Assembly: GCA_965228475.1 (NCBI GenBank)
Contig: OZ245817.1
Coordinates: 1,472,001 to 1,536,000 of the forward strand
Direction: 5' to 3'
Source of the DNA: Myxococcota bacterium
GTDB taxonomy: Bacteria > Myxococcota_A > UBA9160 > JAFDDA01
Length of the DNA: 64,000 nucleotides
In this document: one piece after another, positions 28,104 through 37,573 of the stretch
Numbering within the stretch: the first letter of the stretch is position 1
Layout: each line of letters starts with the position of its first letter
Notes under the pieces: model-generated
What the model was told of the DNA's origin: nothing
The model's database searches: none
The model's input: only the letters and a program-made list of their open reading frames with translations
Position numbers and translations under genes: made by a program

Positions 28104-28826
28104 ATGCGTTCCTGGACCCCGGTTCTCACCGTCGCGCTCACCCTCGGCCTCCTCTCGGGCGATGCCCTGGCCGATGCCCCGCAGCCGCTCACGCGGAACT
28201 ACGAGGCCCTGTCGGACTCGGAGCTCGACGCCCGGACCGCCTTCATCATGGAGCGCCTCGACGCGGGCAAGACCCACGCCCAGCGCTGGCAGTGGGGATG
28301 GACCGGCGCCTACGCCTCCGGCATCGTGATTGGCACGGGCCGCGCCATCGCGACGAGCGACTCCGCCAACCGTGTCGACTACATCACCACCGCCGTGAAG
28401 GCGACGATCGGGACGACGCGTCTCCTCGTCCAGAAGCACCCGGGCCGGCACGGCGCCGAAGAGCTCAAGTACATGAAGACGGCCACACGCCGGGACAAGA
28501 TCGCCCGCTTGAAGCGTGCGGAGGAACTCTTCCAGGAGGTCGCGAAGAAGGCCGAGGAGCGGAAGAACTGGAAGGCCCACGCGGGCAACGTCTTCCTGAA
28601 CGCCGCCGGCGCAGGGGTGACCTGGGCGTTCGGTGACTCCGACGACGCCTACAAGAACCTCGCGATCGGGCTGATCGTCGGCGAGGCGCACATCTGGAGC
28701 GCGCCCTGGCGCGGCCCCCAGGACGTCGAGGACTACCAGGTGCGCTTCGGCATGAAGTCGGGCAGCCGCTTCGACTGGAAGCTCGTCCCGACGGTGGGCG
28801 GCGCGGCCGTGCAGGTGACCTGGTAG
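28104..28826 (+). CDS. Exported hypothetical protein
   Basis: GAGG RBS, signal peptide ending ALA, GC3-biased codons and an aromatic C-terminus (VQVTW). Confidence 0.7.
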   Translation: MRSWTPVLTVALTLGLLSGDALADAPQPLTRNYEALSDSELDARTAFIMERLDAGKTHAQRWQWGWTGAYASGIVIGTGRAIATSDSANRVDYITTAVKATIGTTRLLVQKHPGRHGAEELKYMKTATRRDKIARLKRAEELFQEVAKKAEERKNWKAHAGNVFLNAAGAGVTWAFGDSDDAYKNLAIGLIVGEAHIWSAPWRGPQDVEDYQVRFGMKSGSRFDWKLVPTVGGAAVQVTW

Positions 28827-28833
28827 GCCCGAC

Positions 28834-30717
28834 TCACGCGGTCGTGAAACGGCCGTGGACCTCGGTCAGGGCTTCGGGCAGGCGCTCCGGGTGACTCAGC
28901 ACGTGCCACCTCCCGGGTCCGAACATCGGCGGCAGGTAGTCGCGCGCGACGGCGTCGACGGCCAGGGCGTGCGGGTGGACGCCCGCCGTCTCGGCTTCGC
29001 GGAGGGCCTGGCGGACGTCGGCGATGCCGTAGCGTCCTTCATAGCGGTCGTAGTCCGTCGGCTTGCCGTCGCTGACCAGAAGTAGCAGGCGGCGGTCCGC
29101 AGGTTCGGCGGCGAGGCAGGCGGTCGCGTGGCGGATCGCCGGGCCGATCCGCGTGTAGCCGCGGGGCTCGAGGGCGCCGAGCCGGTCCCGTACGGCGGGC
29201 CAGGTCTCGCCGAAACCCTTCACCTCCCAGACGCGGCACTGGTTCCGCGTGTGGCTCGAGAAGCCGAGGATCTGGAGCGCGTCGTCGAGCCGGTGTGCGA
29301 CTTCGCCGAGGACCGTCACGGCGTCGCGGGCGACGTCGAGAACGCGGCGCCCATCCACCCAGGAGTCGGTCGAGAGAGACAGGTCGAGGAGGACGGTGGT
29401 CGCGAAGTCCCGCCGCTGGCGGGCCTGCCGGACGTAGAGCCTCGGGTCCATCCCGCGGCCTGCGCAGCGGGAGCCGTGGGACTCGACGAGGGCGCCGAGG
29501 TCGACGTCCTCGCCGTCGAGCTGGCGGCTGCGCGGTCGGAGCTGCGAACGCTGGAGCGCGAGCCGGTGGAAGAGCTCGTCGACGAGCCGTGCGTGGTCTC
29601 GCAGCCGGCCGGCCGCCCAGCCGGGGCGCGTTTCGCGCGCCGGGCTCGGGAAGACCGTGCACCACTCGGGCCGGTAGCGCTTCTTGCGCGCATCCCACTC
29701 GTCGTAGGGGATGCCGGGCTCCTGGCTCGTCGCGTCCGCGGCGTCCGGGATGTCGAGTCCGAGGGCCAGGTCCGCACGAAGGAGCGAGTGGGCTTCGTCG
29801 TCGCTGCGGAGCAGGTCGCCGAGGTCGACGGAGTCGAGCGCATCGAGGTGGGCATCGAGTTCGTCGGCTCCGTCCACGTCGCGCGCGCCTCCGTCGTACG
29901 CGTCGAGCGTCTCGGCCTTCTCGAAGTTGTGGATCAGGACGGCGTCCTCCTGCTCCTTCTCGTCGAGCTCGACGCGGCGCAGGGCTTCGATGGCCGGCGC
30001 GTCGGCCTCGCTCTCGATCTCCGAGGGCCCGGGCGGTTGCTCCGGCGAGGCGCCGAGGCTCTTCAGGTCTTCCGGAGCCTCGAGCAGCTCCCCCCAGATC
30101 GCGATGCCCGGGCTTGCGGGGCCCTTCAGCGGCGCGGCCTCGATCGCGGCCCGTCTCTCGGGCTCGGTCCAGGGCCGCTCTCCCCGAAGCGCGGCCTGGC
30201 GTGCTTCTTCGACGAGCCGCGCGCGGCCGCGGAGTGAGGAGGGGTCGGGCCGCACCGACAGCGTCAGCGCCGCCGCCTCGGCGTGCATGCGGGGGAAGCC
30301 CGCGAACTGGCGACCCAGCGAGTCGACGGCCTCTCGTGCCAGACGCAGTGCTTCGAGGGGGTCGCCGATGCGCTCCGAAGGGAGGCGCCGCTCGCGAACG
30401 AGCCGGCGCAGCTCCGCGGCGACCGCCGTCCGCACCACGAGCAGGCGCCGGTTGGCCTCGGGATCCTCGGCGAGGTCGAAGCGCGGCGGAATCAGGAGAT
30501 CGCGCCCGCGGACGCCACCGACTCCGCGCGCCGGCAGGAGCCGAACGGGCTCCCGCGCCAGAATCTGGGCGAGGGTCGAAAGCGCGCGTTCCGAATCGGC
30601 CAGGTTCGCTGCCTGTGGGTTCGGAGCCGGTTCGCTGCGGAGGCGCTTCCAGATCGAGAGCAGACCGCGGAAGACCCCTTCTTCCCAGTCGAGCTCGATG
30701 TGGGGCCCGCCGGCCAT
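28834..30717 (-). CDS. norD: Nitric oxide reductase activation protein NorD (VWA domain)
   Basis: YDEWD, DGEDVD, MIDAS motif DLSLS, GYTRIGPAIRHA and SDGKPTDYDRYEGRYG; start overlaps the norQ stop. Confidence 0.92.
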   Translation of the reverse strand: MAGGPHIELDWEEGVFRGLLSIWKRLRSEPAPNPQAANLADSERALSTLAQILAREPVRLLPARGVGGVRGRDLLIPPRFDLAEDPEANRRLLVVRTAVAAELRRLVRERRLPSERIGDPLEALRLAREAVDSLGRQFAGFPRMHAEAAALTLSVRPDPSSLRGRARLVEEARQAALRGERPWTEPERRAAIEAAPLKGPASPGIAIWGELLEAPEDLKSLGASPEQPPGPSEIESEADAPAIEALRRVELDEKEQEDAVLIHNFEKAETLDAYDGGARDVDGADELDAHLDALDSVDLGDLLRSDDEAHSLLRADLALGLDIPDAADATSQEPGIPYDEWDARKKRYRPEWCTVFPSPARETRPGWAAGRLRDHARLVDELFHRLALQRSQLRPRSRQLDGEDVDLGALVESHGSRCAGRGMDPRLYVRQARQRRDFATTVLLDLSLSTDSWVDGRRVLDVARDAVTVLGEVAHRLDDALQILGFSSHTRNQCRVWEVKGFGETWPAVRDRLGALEPRGYTRIGPAIRHATACLAAEPADRRLLLLVSDGKPTDYDRYEGRYGIADVRQALREAETAGVHPHALAVDAVARDYLPPMFGPGRWHVLSHPERLPEALTEVHGRFTTA

Positions 30718-31526
30718 CAGAAGGCCAGGGCGACGAGGTCTCGCAGGCCCTCGGCGATCTCGGCGTCGTCGGTCAACGCCTCGACCAGGGCGGCGTTGCA
30801 GGCGGCGCGCGGCGGCTGGCCCGCGTCGATCAGCCGCGCCGCGTTCACGATCAGCCGCGTCGAGGGCATCTCCGCCAGGCCCAGTGGCTCGAGTTCGCGC
30901 ATGCGGCGGACGAGGGCGCAGAGCCGCTTCCCGTGGTGCGGATCGATTCCGGTTTCGCCCCGCAGGATCTCGAGTTCGACCTCGGGCTCCGGATAGCCGA
31001 GCGACAGGGCGAGGAAGCGCTGCCGCGTCGAGGGCTTCAGCTCTTTCAAGCCGCGCTGGTAGCCTGGGTTGTAGCTCGCGACCAGCATGAAGCCCTCGGC
31101 CGCCGGAATCTCCTCGTCGTGGCGCTCGACGTAGAGCGTGCGGCGATGGTCCGAGAGCGGGTGGACGACCACCACGACGTCGCTGCGCGCCTCGGCGAAC
31201 TCGTCGAGGTAGAGGATCGCGCCCTGGCGGACGGCGCGGGTCACGGGCCCGTCCTGCCAGACCGTGTCGCCGCCCTCGACGAGGTAGCGCCCGGTGAGGT
31301 CGACGGCGCTCGTCTCGTCGTGGCAGGCAACGGTGACGAGCGGTCGCCCCAGCCGTGCGGCCATGTGCTCGACGAGCCGGGACTTCCCGCAACCCGTCGG
31401 CCCCTTCAGGAGCAGGGGGACCTTCTGCGTGAAGGCCGTCTCGAAGACCTGGCACTCGTTCGCGACGGGCCGGTACCACGGTGCTTCGCCCGGCGCGGCG
31501 GACGGCACCGGCGCAGGGCCGCTCAC
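30717..31526 (-). CDS. norQ: NorQ AAA+ ATPase (CbbQ/NirQ/NorQ family)
   Basis: LKGPTGCGKSR, WQDGP, YLDE, SYNPGYQ and LKPSTRQRF; GTGA overlap with the norB stop. Confidence 0.93.
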   Translation of the reverse strand: MSGPAPVPSAAPGEAPWYRPVANECQVFETAFTQKVPLLLKGPTGCGKSRLVEHMAARLGRPLVTVACHDETSAVDLTGRYLVEGGDTVWQDGPVTRAVRQGAILYLDEFAEARSDVVVVVHPLSDHRRTLYVERHDEEIPAAEGFMLVASYNPGYQRGLKELKPSTRQRFLALSLGYPEPEVELEILRGETGIDPHHGKRLCALVRRMRELEPLGLAEMPSTRLIVNAARLIDAGQPPRAACNAALVEALTDDAEIAEGLRDLVALAF

Positions 31527-32866
31527 CCGGCGTTCCCGGTTTCGAGGGCCTCGTCGCTCGGCAAGCCGTGCTGGGCGAAGTTCCAGATGTAGAGACCGAT
31601 GCCGAGAGTCAGCAGGCACGCGGCCAGCACCAGGCCGAGGAAGTGCACCTCGATCGCTTCCTGCACCGCCAGGAAGTCCATGCCGGCCTTGCGCTCGAGA
31701 TAGACCTGCGTGATTCCCGCGACCGCGAAGGCCCCCGTCATGCCGATCATGCCGATGTTCGAGATCCAGAACGCCCACTCCGCTGCCCAGTGGTCGAAGA
31801 GCTTGCGCCCCGTGAGCTGCGGCATGGCGTAGGAGATCATGGCCAGGACGACCATCACGTACGCACCCCAGAAGGCCATGTGTCCGTGCATGGCGGTGAT
31901 CATGGTGCCGTGGGTCCAGAGGTTCACCTGGGGGAGGGTGTGCGCGAAGCCCAGGAAGCCGGCGCCGACGAAGGACATCACGCCGCAGCCGACCGTCCAG
32001 AACAGAGCAATGCGGTTCGGGTGGCGCATGCCGCCCGCCCGGGCCATGGCGACCGCGTAGAGCGCCATGCCGAGGAAGGCCAGGGGCTCGAGGCCGGAGA
32101 AGATGCCGCCGATCCAGAGCCAGTAGTCGGGCGTGCCGATGTAGTAGTAGTGGTGGCCCGTTCCGAGGATGCCCGACAGGAACGTGAATCCGACGATCAC
32201 GTAGAGCCACTTCTCGATCACCTCGCGGTCGACGCCCGTCAGCTTGATCAACAGGAAGGCCATGATGCCACCCATGATCAGCTCCCAGACGCCCTCGACC
32301 CAGAGGTGCACCACCCACCATCGGAAGTAGGAATCGATCACCTGGCTGTCGAAGGTGATCATGCCCGGCAGGTAGAGGAGGGCGGCGGCCGTGAGACCGA
32401 CGAAGAGCACGATGCTCGTCGTCGTGAATCGCTTCCCGAACCAGAGCGTCATGCCGATGTTGAAGATGAACAGCAGCACGTCGACCACCACCAGATAGTC
32501 GAGGGGACGCGGGATCTCGAGGAACTTGCGTCCTTCCCACCAGTTCATCTGGAAACCGATGAGCGCGATCACCCCGACGATGACGAGCGCCGCCCACTGG
32601 ACCACGGCGAGCTTCTCGCTGTAGAGCTCGCGGTCCGCTTCCTCGGGAATCATGTAGTACGCCGCGCCCATGAAGCCCGAGAGCAGCCAGACGACGAGCA
32701 GGTTCAGGTGGCTCGCGCGGGCGGCGTTGAACGGGATGTAGTCGTGGAGGACGTCGAAGCCCATGTGCGCCACGGCCATGATGAAGCCGAAGACGATCTG
32801 GAGGCAGAAGAGTGCGAGCGAAGTCGCGAAGAAGAGGTAGGCCACACGCTGGGATCGAAACTTCAT
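31523..32866 (-). CDS. norB: Nitric oxide reductase catalytic subunit B (cNOR)
   Basis: HLN, WWVVHLWVEGVWE, GTGHHYY, LEP, HTLPQVN and HGHMAFWG. Confidence 0.96.
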   Translation of the reverse strand: MKFRSQRVAYLFFATSLALFCLQIVFGFIMAVAHMGFDVLHDYIPFNAARASHLNLLVVWLLSGFMGAAYYMIPEEADRELYSEKLAVVQWAALVIVGVIALIGFQMNWWEGRKFLEIPRPLDYLVVVDVLLFIFNIGMTLWFGKRFTTTSIVLFVGLTAAALLYLPGMITFDSQVIDSYFRWWVVHLWVEGVWELIMGGIMAFLLIKLTGVDREVIEKWLYVIVGFTFLSGILGTGHHYYYIGTPDYWLWIGGIFSGLEPLAFLGMALYAVAMARAGGMRHPNRIALFWTVGCGVMSFVGAGFLGFAHTLPQVNLWTHGTMITAMHGHMAFWGAYVMVVLAMISYAMPQLTGRKLFDHWAAEWAFWISNIGMIGMTGAFAVAGITQVYLERKAGMDFLAVQEAIEVHFLGLVLAACLLTLGIGLYIWNFAQHGLPSDEALETGNAG

Positions 32867-32876
32867 CGGGGCACCT

Positions 32877-33566
32877 CTAGCGAAGGCTCGCGAGCCACTG
32901 GACGAGCTCGGAGCGGGTGGCGTCGGACATGTCGAGCTTCGGCATGGCGGTGCCGGGTTTCACCGCCGGCGGATCCGCCAGCCAGCGGTCGAGCTCGGCG
33001 ACGGAGAGCCGGGACCCCACGCCGTCGAGGGCGGGGCCGACCACACCGCCGCTTCCGCCCACGGCGTGGCAGGCAATGCAGACGCTGCTGAAGAAGGCCG
33101 GCGTCGGCAGGCCCGCATCCGGCGTGGCGGTTGCGACGACCACGGCTCGGGCGAGGTCCGGCTCCGGCGGGAAGCCGTTCGTGTCGATCTCGCCGATCCA
33201 ACCGAGGAACGCGATCACGTCCTCGATCTCCTGCTCGCTGAAGTCGTACTGGATCATGCGCCGCTGGCCCGGGAACATGGCCTCGGGGTCGCGCAAGAAG
33301 ATCGCGATCCACTCGGCGCCGCGGCGCTCGACCACCCTCGTCAGCTCCGGCGCGTAGTAGGCGCCCTCACCGAGGATCGTGTGGCAGCCCATGCAGTTGT
33401 TCTTGTCCCAGATGTGCTTGCCGCGAACGACCGATTCGGTCATGCGGTCCTGGTTCTGGAGCTTCGGGATCTCGCGGAGCGTATCGATCGTGAGGAAGAT
33501 GAAGATCGCACTGAAGAAGAGGGTTCCTCCGACGAAGAACCCGCGCGCTTGTGATTTCGAGAGCAT
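32877..33566 (-). CDS. norC: Nitric oxide reductase cytochrome c subunit with a second c-haem domain
   Basis: N-terminal TM helix, CMGCHTILGEGAYYAPEL, then a second CIACH...GPAL...KPGTAMP domain. Confidence 0.92.
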   Translation of the reverse strand: MLSKSQARGFFVGGTLFFSAIFIFLTIDTLREIPKLQNQDRMTESVVRGKHIWDKNNCMGCHTILGEGAYYAPELTRVVERRGAEWIAIFLRDPEAMFPGQRRMIQYDFSEQEIEDVIAFLGWIGEIDTNGFPPEPDLARAVVVATATPDAGLPTPAFFSSVCIACHAVGGSGGVVGPALDGVGSRLSVAELDRWLADPPAVKPGTAMPKLDMSDATRSELVQWLASLR

Positions 33567-33604
33567 CGCCGTCCCCTGCACCGACAGGTGCCGAAATCAG
33601 CACA

Positions 33605-33620
33605 TGCAAGTGCGGGACCA
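33605..33620 (-). promoter_or_regulatory. sigma54 promoter of norCBQD
   Basis: Minus strand TGGTCCCGCACTTGCA (GG-N10-GC). Confidence 0.7.
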
Positions 33621-33709
33621 AGCTCCCCTGGATCTCAGCGCTTCTCCCGTGTGCGCCCGTCCGGCCCGCGGGGTGGAATGTCCCAGCCGCCGAGGCGCTG
33701 AGGCGGCCC

Positions 33710-33735
33710 GGCGCAGGAGAGCGACCTCCTGCGCC
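33710..33735 (-). terminator. 10-bp stem hairpin downstream of the USP operon
   Basis: GGCGCAGGAG-N6-CTCCTGCGCC; no U-tract. Confidence 0.45.
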
Positions 33736-33748
33736 AGCGGCCTTCGCG

Positions 33749-34012
33749 CTACACGAGCTTGCGTACGTGCTCGTAGCCCTCGCGGATCTCGTCGAGCAGG
33801 AGACGGGCGGCGTCGCCCACGTCCTGCGCCGAGGCGCGGGTCTCGGAAGCGAGCAGGTTGAGCTTCGCCTCGAGGTGCTCCCAGCTCTTCTCCGCCGCTT
33901 CGTAGCGTTCCTGGGCTTCGAGCTTCGCCAGGTGGATCTGGACGCGCAGCTCGTCGCGAAGACTGCGCAGCTCGTCGGCTTCGGCCTGGATCCGGTCTTT
34001 CAGGTCGGACAT
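33749..34012 (-). CDS. Small helical hypothetical protein (87 aa)
   Basis: ATG overlaps the USP stop; helical sequence LRDELRVQIHLAKLEAQ...EIREGYE. Confidence 0.75.
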   Translation of the reverse strand: MSDLKDRIQAEADELRSLRDELRVQIHLAKLEAQERYEAAEKSWEHLEAKLNLLASETRASAQDVGDAARLLLDEIREGYEHVRKLV

Positions 34013-34935
34013 CAGTTCTCCCCTTCGTCTCGGTTTCTGCGGACCGTCAGCACGGGGCAGGGCGCGCGGCCCACCGCCCGCTCCGCGGTGCTGCCGAGCA
34101 GCAGGTGCGGCAGGAACGATCGTCCGTGCGTGCCCATGGCGATCAGGTCGACGTCGCGGCGGCGCGCCTCGCTCTCGATGCCCTCGGCGGCGTCGCCCTC
34201 CATGCAGGCGGTCGTGATCCGGTAGCCCTTCTCGCCGAGGGGCTTCGCGGCCTTCTCGAGCTCCGCGCGCGCCTGCTCGAGGGCGCCCCGCGTCATGTCG
34301 GAGAGGACGAAGCCGCCGGCCAGGTGGATGTACTCCGGCGGGATGTGGAACGCGTGGAAGAGCACGAACTCGGTCTCCTCCCCGGCGCCGAACAGATCGA
34401 GGGCCGTCTGCAGCGCGAGGGCGGCGTCTTCGGAGAAGTCCGTCGGCACGAGCACGCGCTTCAGCTGCTCGGGGGGCAGCATGTCCGTCTGGACCGTCAG
34501 CACCGGTACCGCGGAATGCTGGACCAGGCGCTTGGCCGTGCTGCCGAGCACGAGGTGGCGCAGGCCGCGCAGGCCGCGGGTCCCGCTGATGATCAGGTCG
34601 GCCTCGTGCTCCTCGGCGGCGGCGAGGATCGTCGGGGAGGCGGGGCCGACCCGCAGGTCGCTCACCGCGTCGATGCCCTCGGCCCGGAGCCGCTGGACCT
34701 CTTCGTCGAGCCGGTCGCTCACCGCCTTGCGGTACTGGACGTGGAGCTCGGCCGGGTAGGCCGCGAACTCGGGGAACCCCGGCGCGCCCTGGGGCGGTGC
34801 CAGCGCATGCTGCAGCACGAGGCGCGCGCCCCGCTGCTTGCCGAGGAGCCTCCCCCAGGCCAGCGCCACGTTCGCGCACTCGGAGAAGTCCGTGGCGACG
34901 AGGACGGTCGAAAGGGGAGCCGGGTTCGGGGGCAT
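34012..34935 (-). CDS. Tandem-domain universal stress protein
   Basis: Two repeats: VLVATDFS...GTRG...LGSTA and VLVPTDFS...MGTHG...LGSTAE...PCPVLTV; AGGAGG RBS. Confidence 0.93.
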   Translation of the reverse strand: MPPNPAPLSTVLVATDFSECANVALAWGRLLGKQRGARLVLQHALAPPQGAPGFPEFAAYPAELHVQYRKAVSDRLDEEVQRLRAEGIDAVSDLRVGPASPTILAAAEEHEADLIISGTRGLRGLRHLVLGSTAKRLVQHSAVPVLTVQTDMLPPEQLKRVLVPTDFSEDAALALQTALDLFGAGEETEFVLFHAFHIPPEYIHLAGGFVLSDMTRGALEQARAELEKAAKPLGEKGYRITTACMEGDAAEGIESEARRRDVDLIAMGTHGRSFLPHLLLGSTAERAVGRAPCPVLTVRRNRDEGEN

Positions 34936-34989
34936 TGCGTTTCCTCCTGTTCCGTAGATCTAAGACGCTTCGCGGCGCATGCAAGCGAT

Positions 34990-35005
34990 TTCAAGTCGCA
35001 TGCCA
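34990..35005 (-). promoter_or_regulatory. sigma54-like promoter of the USP operon (TTGA variant at -12)
   Basis: Minus strand TGGCATGCGACTTGAA. Confidence 0.55.
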
Positions 35006-35099
35006 GCAGGGCAGAGCGCTGCGGTGCGCCTTTCGGGCCCGCCTGCGCCAGAACGCCCCACTGCCCGAGCCGTCCCCGGCGGCAGAGGCGTCCGGAGTG

Positions 35100-35115
35100 C
35101 GGCACGATCGATGCA
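35100..35115 (+). promoter_or_regulatory. sigma54 promoter of the CBS gene
   Basis: CGGCACGATCGATGCA (GG-N10-GC). Confidence 0.7.
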
Positions 35116-35169
35116 ACGCTGCAGGGAACGAGGCGGCGAGCGTCAAGCAGCGCTCGCCGAGGAGGAGCC

Positions 35170-35604
35170 ATGGATCCGCGCGAGGTACCGGTTTCGGAGA
35201 TCATGCAGGCCGACTTCGTCCACATGTCGCCGGACGACGATCTCGACTACGTCTCGGAGCTCGTCCAGCTCGGGCGAGTCCGGCACTTCGCCGTGCTCGA
35301 CGAGGGACGGCTCGTCGGCATCGTCTCGCAGCGCGATCTGTTGAAGGCCTCTCTCACGAAGGCGCTGCCGGTCGCCGAGGAACGGCGCCGGGAGTTCCTG
35401 CGCACGGTGCGCGTCGGCGAGGTGATGGCGACCGACGTCCACACCGTGGCGCCGGACACGCCGCTCTCGGACGTCGCCCGGCTCCTCGATCGCTACAAGA
35501 TCGGCTGCGTGGTCGTCGTCGAGGGCGACAAGGCGGTCGGGATCGCGACGGAGACCGATCTCCTGCGACGCGCCTACATCGGAGATCGCCCCGCCGGCAG
35601 CTAG
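35170..35604 (+). CDS. Stand-alone CBS-pair protein
   Basis: GGAGGAG RBS; VRHFAV, LVGIVSQRDLL, VGEVM and VGIATETDLL. Confidence 0.9.
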   Translation: MDPREVPVSEIMQADFVHMSPDDDLDYVSELVQLGRVRHFAVLDEGRLVGIVSQRDLLKASLTKALPVAEERRREFLRTVRVGEVMATDVHTVAPDTPLSDVARLLDRYKIGCVVVVEGDKAVGIATETDLLRRAYIGDRPAGS

Positions 35605-36980
35605 CCGGCCTTGCTCTCCTCGGCCGAGGCGCGGCGGCGCTCGCCGCGCCGGTAGAGGGTTCGCCGATTGATTCCGAGGATCTCGGCCGCGCGGACCTTG
35701 TTGCCGCCCGTTTCCGAGAGCACGAGGTCGATGTAGCGGTCGCCGAGGTCGTGGAGCGTGACGCGATGCTTCGCGAAGGCCCGCAGGTCGCCGTCGGTCC
35801 CGCTGGCGGCGGCGCCCTCGTCGCCGAGCGGCAGGTCCTCCTCCTCGATCCGCTCGCCGTCGCAGAGCGCGAGCGCGCGCTCGATCACGTTCTCGAGCTC
35901 CCGAGCGTTCCCCTCCCAGTTGCAGCGCATGAGCCGCGCGAGGGCGCCCGGCGAGAGCGTGCGCGTCTCGCCGTCGGCGTGCTTCTCGAGCAGGGCCTCC
36001 GCCAGGGGGCGGACGTCGTCCGGCCGCTCGCGCAGGGGCGGGATGTGGATCGGGATCACGTTCAGCCGGTAGAAGAGGTCGCGCCGGAAGCGGCCCTCGT
36101 CCATCTCGGCCTCGAGCTCCTTGTTGGTGGCGGTCACGATGCGGACGTCCACCTTGACGGTGTGGTTCCCGCCGACCGGCCGGATCTCCCGATCCTGGAG
36201 GACGCGGAGGAGCTTGCTCTGCAGGCCGAGGCCCATGTCCCCGATTTCGTCGAGGAAGAGCGTTCCGCCGTTCGCTTCCTCGAAGAGCCCTCGCTTCGAA
36301 GCGTGCGCGCCCGTGAAGGCACCGCGCACGTGGCCGAAGAGTTCACTCTCGAGCAGGCCTTCGGGGATGGCCGTGCAGTTGATCGGGATGAACGGGCGGT
36401 CCTTGCGCGAGCTGGAGAAGTGGAGCGTCCTCGCGACGACCTCCTTGCCCGTGCCGCTCTCGCCCGTGATGAGGACGCTGCTCCGGTTGTCCGCGACCTT
36501 GCGGATCAGCGCGAAGATCTCGCGCATCGCGTCGCTCTCGCCGATCAGGTCGCCGAAGGCGCTCGTCCGGTCGACGGCGCGGCGCAGGCGCCGGTTCTCC
36601 TCTTCGAGGGCGCGGGTCTCGAAGGCGCGCTCCAGGGCGAGCAGCAGCTCTTCGCGCTTGAAGGGCTTGGTGATGTAGTCGAAGGCGCCGGCGCGCATGG
36701 ACTCGACGGCCGAGTCGATCGAGCCGAAGGCGGTCATCAGGATCACCGGGGTTCCCGGCCGCACGGCGCGGATCTCCGCCACCAGCTCGAGCCCGCTCCG
36801 GCCGGGCATGCGGATGTCCGAGACCACCGCGTCGGCATCGAGGTCGCGCAGCCGTTCGAGGGCCTTGTCGGCTCCCGACTCGCCGTGGGCCTCGAAGCCC
36901 TGATCGCAAAGCACCGAGACGACCATTTCGCGCATCGCGTCGTCGTCGTCGACCACCAAGACGTGTCGCCGTTCACTCAT
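35601..36980 (-). CDS. NtrC-family sigma54-dependent response regulator
   Basis: Receiver domain (VVDDD, SDIRMPG, KPF), Walker A GESGTGKE, GAFTGA loop, FLDEIG, FRRDLFYRL and a Fis-type HTH. Confidence 0.96.
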   Translation of the reverse strand: MSERRHVLVVDDDDAMREMVVSVLCDQGFEAHGESGADKALERLRDLDADAVVSDIRMPGRSGLELVAEIRAVRPGTPVILMTAFGSIDSAVESMRAGAFDYITKPFKREELLLALERAFETRALEEENRRLRRAVDRTSAFGDLIGESDAMREIFALIRKVADNRSSVLITGESGTGKEVVARTLHFSSSRKDRPFIPINCTAIPEGLLESELFGHVRGAFTGAHASKRGLFEEANGGTLFLDEIGDMGLGLQSKLLRVLQDREIRPVGGNHTVKVDVRIVTATNKELEAEMDEGRFRRDLFYRLNVIPIHIPPLRERPDDVRPLAEALLEKHADGETRTLSPGALARLMRCNWEGNARELENVIERALALCDGERIEEEDLPLGDEGAAASGTDGDLRAFAKHRVTLHDLGDRYIDLVLSETGGNKVRAAEILGINRRTLYRRGERRRASAEESKAG

Positions 36981-36996
36981 AGCTACCCTTCGCCAA

Positions 36997-37012
36997 AGCA
37001 CGGCCCGTGCCA
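36997..37012 (-). promoter_or_regulatory. sigma54 promoter of the activator gene
   Basis: Minus strand TGGCACGGGCCGTGCT. Confidence 0.65.
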
Positions 37013-37144
37013 GCGGGAGGGGCGCTGAGGCGGCTCTCCGGGCTCCCCGCCGGTCGAGTCGAGCCAAGAAGGCACACTCTCGGACTGAGTGTAGCAATAA
37101 GTCTCATGTCGTCCCGCTGCGCCGGGCGGTCTTCGCCCCGCGCT

Positions 37145-37160
37145 TGGCACGCGCTCTGCA
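37145..37160 (+). promoter_or_regulatory. sigma54 promoter of the CBS gene
   Basis: TGGCACGCGCTCTGCA. Confidence 0.72.
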
Positions 37161-37172
37161 CCCAACTCGGGC

Positions 37173-37565
37173 ATGCACGCGGTCCAAGATCTGATGCGGA
37201 GGCAGTTCATCCGGATCGAGCCGGATGCCGACCCGCGGGCCGCCCTCGAGCTCATGGAGATGGCGCGGGTCCGGTCGCTGCCGGTGCTGGCTCGCGGAGC
37301 GCCCCCCGGCTGGATCCTGCACCGGGATCTGGCCCAGGCAGCCCTCGACGGCAGCCTCGATCAGGAGTCGGGCATCGGCCGCTGGGTGCGGCCCGGGCTG
37401 CCGGTCCCCGTCCACATGCCGCTCTCGGACGCCGTCGAGAAGATGCTCGAGGCGGATGCGCCGTGTCTCATGGCGGCGGACTTCGAGGCCGACCCGCCGC
37501 ACATCGTCGGCCTGGTCACCGAGTCGGATCTGCTGCGCGCCGCGTACCTGAGCGCCAACGCCTAG
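37173..37565 (+). CDS. Diverged stand-alone CBS-pair protein
   Basis: VQDLM, VRSLPV and IVGLVTESDLLRAAY; resembles the gene at 35170. Confidence 0.8.
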   Translation: MHAVQDLMRRQFIRIEPDADPRAALELMEMARVRSLPVLARGAPPGWILHRDLAQAALDGSLDQESGIGRWVRPGLPVPVHMPLSDAVEKMLEADAPCLMAADFEADPPHIVGLVTESDLLRAAYLSANA

Positions 37566-37573
37566 CGGTTGGC

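Noticed and set aside
15332..28826. Genomic island integrated at tRNA-Gly
   Set aside because: The downstream genes are accessory-like, but I found no integrase and no duplicated tRNA 3' end in the window.
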